Shown here piece by piece: positions 38,867 to 47,176 of a DNA stretch of 64,000 nucleotides; the first letter of the stretch is position 1, and each line of letters starts with the position of its first letter. The position numbers and the translations under genes are program-made. The notes below the pieces were generated by a model, which was given only the letters and a program-made list of their open reading frames with translations, searched no databases and had not been told where the DNA came from. Where the stretch lies: the NCBI GenBank assembly GCA_025937815.1, contig JAICQP010000001.1:3891-67890 (forward strand). The letters are read 5' to 3'. The stretch comes from Gemmatimonadota bacterium (lineage in GTDB: Bacteria > Gemmatimonadota > Gemmatimonadetes > JACCXV01 > JAHWKZ01).

Positions 38867-39772
38867 GTGCACCCACGAACACGCTTGCCGGCGCCCATTC
38901 GCAGCGCCGCACCCGTGAGCGTCCTCGTCGCGACCACGATGGAGGAGTGCCGGGGCGCCATCGGACGGCTCCGGCCGGGCCGGCGGGTCGCGCTCGTCCC
39001 CACCATGGGCGCCTTGCACGAAGGGCATCTCTCGCTGGTGGATCTGGCGCGGGAGCGCGCCGAGGTGGTGACCGTCTCGGTCTTCGTGAACCCGACCCAG
39101 TTCGGACCAGGCGAGGATTTTGACCGCTATCCGCGCGACCTGGAGCGGGACGTGCGGCTGCTAGCGGGCCGCGGCGCGGCGATCGTCTTCGCGCCGGACA
39201 CCCGGACCATGTACCCGGAGCCGCTCCTGACCACGGTCACGATGCGCGGGATCACCGATGACTTCGAGGGCGCGCACAGGCCCGGCCACTTCGACGGTGT
39301 GCTGACGATCGTGGCCAAGCTCTTCCACGTGGTCGAGCCCGACGTCGCAGTCTTCGGCCAGAAGGACGCGCAGCAGGCCGCCGCGATCCGGCGCATGGTC
39401 GCCGACCTCGACTTCCCGATCGAGATCGTCGTGGGCCCCACCGTGCGCGAGCCGGACGGGCTCGCGCTCTCGAGCAGGAACGCGTTCCTGAGCGCCGCCG
39501 ACCGGCGCGAGGCGCTGGCGCTCCACGCCGCGCTCGACCGGGCGGACTCGCTCGCCAGGGACGGGGTCGACGATGCCGACCGCCTGCTGGACGCGATGCG
39601 GGAGGAGCTCTCGCGGCATCCGGCGATCGCCGTCGACTACGTGGCGATCGTCGAGCGCGACTCGTTCCGCCCGCTTCGGCGAATCTCGGGTCCCGCCGTG
39701 GCCGCCGTCGCTGCGCGGGTGGGCGGGACGCGGCTCATCGACAACGTCGTCCTGGAGCCCCATGAGCGCTGA
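38867..39772 (+). CDS. panC: pantoate--beta-alanine ligase
   Basis: PanC pattern (VPTMGALHEGHLSLV, HFDGV, QKDAQQ); start may be downstream GTG (VSVLVATT...). Confidence 0.8.
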   Translation: MHPRTRLPAPIRSAAPVSVLVATTMEECRGAIGRLRPGRRVALVPTMGALHEGHLSLVDLARERAEVVTVSVFVNPTQFGPGEDFDRYPRDLERDVRLLAGRGAAIVFAPDTRTMYPEPLLTTVTMRGITDDFEGAHRPGHFDGVLTIVAKLFHVVEPDVAVFGQKDAQQAAAIRRMVADLDFPIEIVVGPTVREPDGLALSSRNAFLSAADRREALALHAALDRADSLARDGVDDADRLLDAMREELSRHPAIAVDYVAIVERDSFRPLRRISGPAVAAVAARVGGTRLIDNVVLEPHER

Positions 39773-40793
39773 GCGAACGGCGCCCCTCGCCGCGGTGATC
39801 CTGGCGGCGGGGCAGGGGACGCGGATGAAGTCCGCGCTCATCAAGATCCTCCACCCCCTGGCCGGCCGGCAGATGATCCGCCACGTGCTCCTCGCCGTGC
39901 AGGAGGTCGGGGCCGATCGGGTCGTGTGCGTCGTCGGCTTTCAGCGGGAGCAAGTCAAAGACGCCCTCAGCGGCCTGCCGGCGATCGAGTTCGCCGTGCA
40001 GGAGGACCAGCGGGGAACCGGGCACGCGCTCCAGTGCGCATCGGCGGCGCTCGAGGGGTTCGACGGCGACGTGCTCGTCGTATGCGCCGACACGCCGCTC
40101 CTCACGCGGGAGACGCTCCACGAGGTGGTCAAGGTCCACCGCGAGCATGAGGCGAGTGCCACGCTCCTCGTGGCCGAGCTACCCGACCCCACCGGCTACG
40201 GGCGCGTGGTGCTCGACGCCGAGGGCGGGGTGCTGCGGATCGTCGAGCAGAAGGACGCCGACGAGCCGACGCGGCGGATCCGCCTGATCAACACCGGCGT
40301 CTACTGCTTCGCGTGGCGCACGGTGGGTGCGCTCCTCGATCGGCTCTCGGCCGACAACGCGCAGGGCGAGCTGTACCTGACCGACGTCATGGAGATGCTG
40401 GCCGAGGCGGGGACCCCGGCGCGCTCGGTGCTCCTGGCCGACCCTCAGGAGCTCATGGGCGTCAACGATCGGGCCCAGCTCGCCGAGGCGGAGGCGGTGC
40501 TGCGCGACCGGATCCGCCGCCGGCTCATGCGGGAGGGTGTCACCTTCGTTTCCCCCGACACTACGCTGATCGACGCCGACGTCCAGATCGGTCCCGACAC
40601 GGTGATCTACCCCGGGGTCATCATCGAAGGCGTCTCGAGCGTGGGGCGCGAGTCGGTGATCGGCCCCTTCACGCGGATCGCGAACGCGCATCTCGGCCGG
40701 GGCGTGGAGCTCAAGGGATGGAACCTGATCGCGCACACGACGATCCCGCACGGCTCGATCGTGCAGCCGTACGTGCGGCAGGGAGCGGACTGA
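39762..40793 (+). CDS. GlmU-like sugar-1-phosphate nucleotidyltransferase with C-terminal left-handed beta-helix (shorter than canonical GlmU)
   Basis: N-terminal VILAAGQGTRMKS nucleotidyltransferase motif; C-terminal hexapeptide repeats; 343 aa vs ~450 for GlmU. Confidence 0.6.
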   Translation: MSAERTAPLAAVILAAGQGTRMKSALIKILHPLAGRQMIRHVLLAVQEVGADRVVCVVGFQREQVKDALSGLPAIEFAVQEDQRGTGHALQCASAALEGFDGDVLVVCADTPLLTRETLHEVVKVHREHEASATLLVAELPDPTGYGRVVLDAEGGVLRIVEQKDADEPTRRIRLINTGVYCFAWRTVGALLDRLSADNAQGELYLTDVMEMLAEAGTPARSVLLADPQELMGVNDRAQLAEAEAVLRDRIRRRLMREGVTFVSPDTTLIDADVQIGPDTVIYPGVIIEGVSSVGRESVIGPFTRIANAHLGRGVELKGWNLIAHTTIPHGSIVQPYVRQGAD

Positions 40794-40813
40794 CGCCGGA
40801 CGCGCTACGGGCC

Positions 40814-41386
40814 GTGGTCGCGCCGCGACTCACCGCCCGGCGCATGGCCCATGTGGAGTCCGTGGCCGGCGCCATCGGGAAGATCGCGGGCGCCTGGACA
40901 CCGGACAGGCGCGCGGCGGCGCGAAGGGCCGCGTGGCTCCACGATGCCTGGCGGAACGCGACCGTCGAGCAATCCGTGGCCGTCATCCGGTCGGCGGGAG
41001 AGGAGCCCGATCCGTGGGCGTTCCGCCACGCGCCGGTGCTCCTCCACGCGCAGGCGGCCGCCGCATGGGCTCCGACGGCGACGGGCGAGGCCGACCCCGA
41101 GGTCCTGCTCGCGGTGCGGCATCATCCGACGGGACATCCCGACTGGGGCGCGGTGGGACGCGCCCTGTACGTGGCCGACTTCTGCGAGCCGACGCGGGCG
41201 TTCGCCGCAGCCCTCCAGACGGACCGCCTGTTGGAGCGAGCCGCTTCCGGCTCCGAATCCCTCGCCGCCGTGGCGTTCGAGGTGCTCGCCCTCCGGCTCC
41301 GGCGCGCGATCGACGGGAATCGACCGATCCACCCGGATTCGATCCGCACGTGGAACGCGTGGGTGGAGAGGCCGGAGCGGGAGTGA
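40814..41386 (+). CDS. HD-domain hydrolase, YqeK-like (bis(5'-nucleosyl)-tetraphosphatase family)
   Basis: WLHD...LLHA...RHHPTGHPDW...YVADFCEPTR matches YqeK HD pattern; GTG 40814 chosen; conserved helix begins earlier with only CTG 40790 available. Confidence 0.6.
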   Translation: MVAPRLTARRMAHVESVAGAIGKIAGAWTPDRRAAARRAAWLHDAWRNATVEQSVAVIRSAGEEPDPWAFRHAPVLLHAQAAAAWAPTATGEADPEVLLAVRHHPTGHPDWGAVGRALYVADFCEPTRAFAAALQTDRLLERAASGSESLAAVAFEVLALRLRRAIDGNRPIHPDSIRTWNAWVERPERE

Positions 41387-41940
41387 CGGCGCGCAAGGCC
41401 TCCACGCGCGGCCGCGGCTCGCGGACCGGTTGCCTCGAGACCGGGGCGATCGTCGTCTTCGCGCTCGTCCTCGGGGCCTTCGCCGCCTCGACATGGATGC
41501 GCCACGTCGGTGGCAACGACGCAGAGAGGAGAGCGCCGGTGGCGGAGCCCGCCGACTCGGTGTCTCGACCCTCGCTCGAGCGCGCCAGGATCCGGGTCCA
41601 GGTGCGGAACGGCTCGGGGATCCCGGGGGCCGCCGCCCAGGTCACCGAGTACCTGCGCGATGCGGGGTTCGACGTGGTCGACTTCGGCAACGCCGAGGTG
41701 TCCGACGAGCCGCGCACGGTGGTGATCGACCGCGTCGGTGCGCGCGAGCGGGCGCTCGAGGTGGCGGCCGCCCTGCGCGGAGTCCCGGTCCGCTCGGAGG
41801 TCGACACCTCGCTCTACCTCGACGTGACCGTCCTCGTGGGGAGGGATGCCGCGGCGATCATGGAGGGTGGGTCGGCGGGAAGCCGCGACACGCCGGGCTG
41901 GCGCCGCTGGCTCACGCGGCTGAGGACCCTGCTGCCGTAG
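41383..41940 (+). CDS. LytR_C (LytR/CpsA/Psr C-terminal) domain membrane-anchored protein
   Basis: GTGA overlap; N-terminal TM then IRVQVRNGSGIPGAAAQVTEYLRDAGFDVVDFGNA... LytR_C pattern. Confidence 0.6.
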   Translation: MTARKASTRGRGSRTGCLETGAIVVFALVLGAFAASTWMRHVGGNDAERRAPVAEPADSVSRPSLERARIRVQVRNGSGIPGAAAQVTEYLRDAGFDVVDFGNAEVSDEPRTVVIDRVGARERALEVAAALRGVPVRSEVDTSLYLDVTVLVGRDAAAIMEGGSAGSRDTPGWRRWLTRLRTLLP

Positions 41941-41993
41941 TCCCCCGGCTCTGGGGCCGGATGCCACGCGCGTCTCCTTGCGGCACCCGATAG

Positions 41994-42023
41994 CTGCCGC
42001 TATCATAGCGGCCCCGTTTTTCC
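41994..42023 (+). terminator. rho-independent terminator
   Basis: GCCGCTAT-c-ATAGCGGC hairpin followed by CCCGTTTTTCC. Confidence 0.5.
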
Positions 42024-42048
42024 ACCTTTCTCCACCCGGGAGTCGGAC

Positions 42049-42711
42049 ATGGCGCAGAAGAAGAAGGGCTCCGGAGCGTCCCGGAAGTCGACCAAGGCCG
42101 CCAGGAAGGGCTCTCGGAAGAAAGCCGCCGCGAAGTCCGCGAAGAAGTCGGCTCGAAAGAAGGCCTCGGGCAAGAAGAAGGCCCCCGGCAAGAAGGCGGC
42201 CCGCGGAAAGGCGCCCGTCAGGAAGGCCGCTCGCGGTGCCGCGCGCAAGCCGGCGGGGAAGAAGAAGGCTGCCGCGAAGCGGACGCCGGCCCGCAAGAGC
42301 GCGAAGACGACGGCCCGCCGGGCGACCCGCAGCGCCGCGATCCGGCCGGCCAAGGCGAGGGCGACCAAGCGCGCGCCGGGCAGGGACGCCGCCTTCTTCG
42401 ACCACTTCCGCCAGAAGCTCCTCGATCAGCGCCAGCAGATAACACGCCGGCTGGACGAGCTGCGCGACGAGCTGCGGGGACTCGAGGAGACCCCCCGCGA
42501 GCTCGAGGAGTGGGCGCAGGAGGAGAAGGACCGCGACATCCTGATCCGGCTCGAGGACCGCGAGACCGAGGAGCTGAGGAAGATCCAGGCGGCCCTGGGC
42601 CTCATCGATCAGAAGGAATACGGGTACTGCCAGGTGTGCGGGAAGCCGATCCCGCGCGCGCGACTGGAGGAGCTGCCGACCGCCTTCCGGTGCGTGGACT
42701 GCACTCCCTGA
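42049..42711 (+). CDS. DksA/TraR-family C4 zinc-finger protein with ~115-aa Lys/Ala-rich histone-H1-like N-terminal extension
   Basis: C-terminus CQVCGKPIPRARLEELPTAFRCVDC (C4 finger) preceded by coiled-coil; N-terminus KKAAAKSAKKSARKKASGKKKAPGKKAARGKA... Confidence 0.7.
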   Translation: MAQKKKGSGASRKSTKAARKGSRKKAAAKSAKKSARKKASGKKKAPGKKAARGKAPVRKAARGAARKPAGKKKAAAKRTPARKSAKTTARRATRSAAIRPAKARATKRAPGRDAAFFDHFRQKLLDQRQQITRRLDELRDELRGLEETPRELEEWAQEEKDRDILIRLEDRETEELRKIQAALGLIDQKEYGYCQVCGKPIPRARLEELPTAFRCVDCTP

Positions 42712-42730
42712 GCGGGCGACCCGCCGTGCC

Positions 42731-43699
42731 TTGATCACGGTCACGCGATTCGATCCGGGCTCCCCGGCTCGAGGCCATCCGGACCTGGCGGCTTCCGGCT
42801 GGACCCGCGACTCCGCGGCCACCCTCTGGATCGACCTGGAGGCGCCGACCGCAGACGAGCTCCGGCTCCTCGAGGACCCGTTCGCCTTCCATCCGCTGGC
42901 CATCGAGGACTGCCTCACGCCCGAGCACCAGCCGAAGATCGAAGACTTCGGGCCGTACCTGTTCCTCATCTTTCGCGGCGTGGATCTCGACCCTCCTGGC
43001 GAGCGCTTCGAGACGATCAAGCTGGCCGCGTTTCTGGGCCCCAACTACCTGATCACGTACCACCGCCGGCCGATGCGCAGCGTGGCGGCCGTGCTGACCA
43101 AGTACGCCCACGACGAAAAGGGCGATCTCTTCCGCGGCGTGGACTATCTGCTGTACGAGATCCTGGACCATCTGATCGAGTTCTACTTCCCGGTGCTCGA
43201 GAGGATCGAGCAGGAAATCGAAGTCGTCGAAGAACAGATCTTCACCGCCGACGACGAAAACACCCTGGACGCGATCCTGGGCCTCAAGCGCAGGGTGATG
43301 GAGATCAAGCGAGCGCTGACTCCGCACCGCGAGCTCTTCGGCCGGATCGCGCGCAACGAGTTCGAGGAGATCACTCCTCAGACCGTCGTGTTCTACCGCG
43401 ACCTCTACGACTCGACCTATCGGCTGGCCGAGGTGGCCGACTCGTATCGTGACGTCCTCAGCGGCACGCTGGACGCCCACATATCGATGATCAGCCACCG
43501 GTTGAACGAGGTCATGAAGGTGCTGACGATATTCGCGACCATCATCCTGCCATTGACCTTCATCGTGGGCGTGTACGGGATGAACTTCGACTACATGCCC
43601 GAGCTCCACTGGCGCTACGGCTATTTCATCCTCTGGGGGATCATGCTGGCGGTCACCGGAGGCATGCTGATCTACTTCCGCAGGCGGAGGTGGATATGA
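42731..43699 (+). CDS. corA: magnesium/cobalt transporter CorA
   Basis: YGMNF (GMN) motif before final TM helices; CorA-like cytoplasmic domain. Confidence 0.85.
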   Translation: MITVTRFDPGSPARGHPDLAASGWTRDSAATLWIDLEAPTADELRLLEDPFAFHPLAIEDCLTPEHQPKIEDFGPYLFLIFRGVDLDPPGERFETIKLAAFLGPNYLITYHRRPMRSVAAVLTKYAHDEKGDLFRGVDYLLYEILDHLIEFYFPVLERIEQEIEVVEEQIFTADDENTLDAILGLKRRVMEIKRALTPHRELFGRIARNEFEEITPQTVVFYRDLYDSTYRLAEVADSYRDVLSGTLDAHISMISHRLNEVMKVLTIFATIILPLTFIVGVYGMNFDYMPELHWRYGYFILWGIMLAVTGGMLIYFRRRRWI

Positions 43700-43715
43700 G
43701 TCCGTCGCCGCGGCC

Positions 43716-46352
43716 TTGCGCGTAGGGCTCGTGACGCCGCGGCCCGTCCTCCTGGGCTGCGGCGCGCTCCTCTCGGCGGCCGGCGTCCTCGGCGCGCAGG
43801 AGCCGTTCGTTCCGGGTCCGGGACCGTACGCTCCGGAGGTGCCCACGGTCGCCGAGTCGCGGGGGTTCGAGACCGGCACGGCATTCTCGCTTCACGCCGA
43901 GGTCGAGGGCGTTCTTCGGAGACTCGACACCGCCTCGGAGCGGGTCCGGCTGGAGAGCTACGGGCGATCCGTCGAGGGGCGGGATCTCTGGCTCGCCTGG
44001 ATCTCCGCGCCGGACAACCTCGCGCGTCTCGACTCCCTTCGGTCGGCGAACCGCGGGGCCGTCGAAGGAGCCCCGGCCCCCCTGGCAGGAAGGCCGATCT
44101 TCGTCTGGCTCTCGTTCGGGGTCCACGGCGACGAGGCGTCGTCGACGGAGGCCGCGCTCGAGCTCGTCTACCACCTGGCGGCGTCGCGGGACGCGGAGGT
44201 CGCCGGATGGCTCGAGCGGGCGGTGGTGATCGTCGACCCGCTGCTCAACCCGGACGGTCACGAGCGCTTCGCCGCGTGGTTCCGGTCGGTCGCCGGGCCG
44301 GTCCCCGATCCCGACCCCGAAGCTCGCGAGCATCGCCCGCCGTGGCCGTCGGGTCGCACCAACCACTGGTATGCGGACCTGAACCGCGACTGGGCGTGGG
44401 GAGTGCAGCCCGAGACCCGCGCGCGTCTCGCCGCCTACCTCGCTACGATGCCGCACGTGCACGTCGACTTCCATGAGATGGACGCGGGGTCGACCTACTT
44501 CTTCTTTCCGGCCGCGCCGCCCATCCACGGGTACTACCCGGCCAGCACGGGGGAGTGGGCGCGGATCTTCGGCGAGGCCAACGCGGCGGCGTTCGACGCG
44601 CGTGGCTGGGCGTACTTCACCGGCGAGGACTTCGATCTCTACTACCCCGGGTACGGCGACTCGTGGCCGAGCTTTCTCGGCGCCACGGGGATGACGTACG
44701 AACAGGCGGGCGGCGGGGAGGCGGGGGTCGTACTGGAGCGCCCAGGCGATCGCATGCTGACGCTCACCGACCGCGTGTCGCGCCACCTCACCGCGGCGCT
44801 GGTGACGATCGCCACCGCCGTCGAAAACCGGGAGCGGCGCCTCGCCGACTTCGACGCCTTCTGGCGCTCGCCCGACCGCGTGGCGCCGGGCGCGCCGGCG
44901 GCATGGGCCGTCTCCGGACCCGACGGAGCCGAGGCCGCGCTGGCCGAGCTCCTCGTCCGCCAGGGAATCCGGGTCGACACGCTGGCGGCCACCGCGCGCG
45001 GGCTCGCGCTCGAGCCGTTCGCGGGGACCGCGCCAGCCGACTCGCTCGCGGCAGGGGCGCTCCTGATCGCCGCGGACCAGCCCCTGGGGCGCTACGCCGC
45101 GGCCCTGCTGGAGCCGACGGCGGCGCTTCCCGACACTTCGCTGTTCTACGACATCACCGGGTGGTCGATCCCGTTTCTCTACGACGTCGACGCCTGGCGC
45201 GTCGCTGCCATGCCCGAGGCCCGCCGCGACTCGTGGGTCGCCTCCGGGCCCGGCGTGTCGCAGCCGGTCCCGCCGGAGGCGGTCGCGCTGGCATGGCCCT
45301 ACGAGGAGCTGGCCGACGTCGTGGCCGCCGGGAGGTTGGCGGCCAGCGGCGTGCGTGTCCGCGTGGCGGAACGCCCGTTCACGGCGGAAGGCAGGCGCTT
45401 TCCCCGGGGATCGTTCGTGGTGGCGGCGGAGCCGCGACCCGGAGCTCAGGCGGAGGATCTCGCGTCGCTGGCGGCCCGGATCTCCGAATCCGGCGCACGC
45501 CCCATCCCTTTACGCTCGTTCGAAAGCGAGGAGGGGATCGACCTGGGGTCCGATCGAGCCCGCCCCCTCGTCGAGCCCCGCATCGCGATCGCGGCGGGGC
45601 CCGGCACCCAGCCGGCGTCTGTGGGGAGCGCATGGCAGCTCTTCGGCGCCGAGGCGGAACTTCCCATGGACATCGTGCGGCTCGGCGACCTCGCGTCCGC
45701 CGCCGGCGGCGACACGGACTCCCTGGCCGGGCTCGGGCGTGCACCGATCGATCTGTCGCTCTACAGCGCGATCCTGCTTCCGGACGCCGAGGGGCCGGCG
45801 TCCTACGACGCGGCCCTGGGCCCGGAGGGCGCGCGGCGCCTGGAGCGATGGGTCCGGGAAGGCGGCACGCTCGTCGCGATCGGCGCGGCCGCTGCGTGGC
45901 TCGCCGATTCGGCCATCGGAATGGGGGGGCTCGAGCTCGCGCCGGACCCTGCGCCGCCGGACGATGCCGACCGCCGGGCGCCGCAGGCGGCGCGCGAGAG
46001 GGACCGGCTCCGCTCGCGGATCCCGGGCACCCTGCTGGCTGCGGCGGTGGACACGACCGCGGCTCTGGGCTACGGATACGCCGACGGGCGTGCTACCGTG
46101 CTCGCGATCGAGCCCCTCGAGCTCGCGCTCGCCGAGGAGGGAAACGCCTGGGTGTTCGCGGACGAGCCGCCGCGCGCGGGATACATGCCCGAAGATGCGC
46201 GGGAGCGGCTCGGAGGCCGGCCCTATGCGGTGGCGCTCGAGCTGGGCGACGGAACCGTCGTCGCCTTCGCCAACGATCCGGCGTTCCGCGGCATCACGTA
46301 CGGGCTCAAGAAGCTGTACCTGAACGCGGTCCTGCTCCTGGGCGGGCGGTGA
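43716..46352 (+). CDS. secreted M14-family zinc carboxypeptidase (large, multidomain)
   Basis: Signal peptide; M14 zinc-binding context (VWLSFGVHGDEASSTEAALEL, NPDGHER, HVHVDFHE). Confidence 0.65.
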   Translation: MRVGLVTPRPVLLGCGALLSAAGVLGAQEPFVPGPGPYAPEVPTVAESRGFETGTAFSLHAEVEGVLRRLDTASERVRLESYGRSVEGRDLWLAWISAPDNLARLDSLRSANRGAVEGAPAPLAGRPIFVWLSFGVHGDEASSTEAALELVYHLAASRDAEVAGWLERAVVIVDPLLNPDGHERFAAWFRSVAGPVPDPDPEAREHRPPWPSGRTNHWYADLNRDWAWGVQPETRARLAAYLATMPHVHVDFHEMDAGSTYFFFPAAPPIHGYYPASTGEWARIFGEANAAAFDARGWAYFTGEDFDLYYPGYGDSWPSFLGATGMTYEQAGGGEAGVVLERPGDRMLTLTDRVSRHLTAALVTIATAVENRERRLADFDAFWRSPDRVAPGAPAAWAVSGPDGAEAALAELLVRQGIRVDTLAATARGLALEPFAGTAPADSLAAGALLIAADQPLGRYAAALLEPTAALPDTSLFYDITGWSIPFLYDVDAWRVAAMPEARRDSWVASGPGVSQPVPPEAVALAWPYEELADVVAAGRLAASGVRVRVAERPFTAEGRRFPRGSFVVAAEPRPGAQAEDLASLAARISESGARPIPLRSFESEEGIDLGSDRARPLVEPRIAIAAGPGTQPASVGSAWQLFGAEAELPMDIVRLGDLASAAGGDTDSLAGLGRAPIDLSLYSAILLPDAEGPASYDAALGPEGARRLERWVREGGTLVAIGAAAAWLADSAIGMGGLELAPDPAPPDDADRRAPQAARERDRLRSRIPGTLLAAAVDTTAALGYGYADGRATVLAIEPLELALAEEGNAWVFADEPPRAGYMPEDARERLGGRPYAVALELGDGTVVAFANDPAFRGITYGLKKLYLNAVLLLGGR

Positions 46353-47059
46353 GCTCGCGGCTTCCCTTCTTGGCGCGCGTCATCGCCATCGACGGCCCGG
46401 CGGGGACGGGAAAGTCGACCACCGCGCGCGAGGTCGCCCGCCGCCTCGGCTGGCGCTACGTGGACAGCGGCGCGTTCTACCGGGTCGCCGCTCTCCTGGC
46501 CCTCCGCCTCGCGCTCGACCTCGCGGACGAGGCGGACCGTGCCCGGTTGCGGCAAGCTCTGGAACGCGCCGCCATCGAGCAGGAGATCGTGGGAGGGACG
46601 CCGCGCATCCGCCTCGGGGGCGAGGACGTATCGGTAGAGATCCGGACTCCCGCCGTGACGTCCATCGTGTCGCGCGTGGCGGACGATCCGGCTCTCCGGG
46701 AGATCGTGAATGCCGGTCTCCGGGTTCAGGTGGGGGAAGGAACCGCGGTGATCGATGGGCGGGACATCGGAACGGTGGTCTTTCCGGACGCGTTCCTCAA
46801 GGTGTTCCTCGACGCGTCGCTCGAGGAGCGCGCCCGGCGCCGGGTGGCGGAGGCCGAGCCCGCCCGGGCGGCCGATCCGGTGGCGCTGGCGAGCTACGCC
46901 CAAAGTCTCGCCGAGCGGGACCGCCGCGACCGGGAACGCTCCGTGGCTCCTCTCCGGGCGGCCGAGGACGCGCTGCACATCGACACGAGCGGGCTCGACT
47001 TCGACAGCCAGGTGGCCCGGGTAGTGCGCGCGGCCCAGGATCGGATCGGTCGCACTTGA
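46349..47059 (+). CDS. cmk: cytidylate kinase
   Basis: IAIDGPAGTGKST P-loop and CMP-kinase pattern; GTG overlapping upstream stop or TTG 46370. Confidence 0.8.
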   Translation: MSSRLPFLARVIAIDGPAGTGKSTTAREVARRLGWRYVDSGAFYRVAALLALRLALDLADEADRARLRQALERAAIEQEIVGGTPRIRLGGEDVSVEIRTPAVTSIVSRVADDPALREIVNAGLRVQVGEGTAVIDGRDIGTVVFPDAFLKVFLDASLEERARRRVAEAEPARAADPVALASYAQSLAERDRRDRERSVAPLRAAEDALHIDTSGLDFDSQVARVVRAAQDRIGRT

Positions 47060-47176
47060 CACTATCTGCCTGTCCCGAGTAGGTTTAGAGTTCTCGATAT
47101 ACTCCGTGAGGTCGCCAGCCGCGCCGCATGCGGCCGAGGCCTCCTTTTGGCCTGCAACCTATTGGACCCCAACTAG

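Noticed and set aside
41122-43044. 640-aa minus-strand ORF across lytR_C/dksA-like/corA
   Set aside because: Antisense shadow; Arg/Gly/Pro-rich; plus-strand genes have clear motifs.
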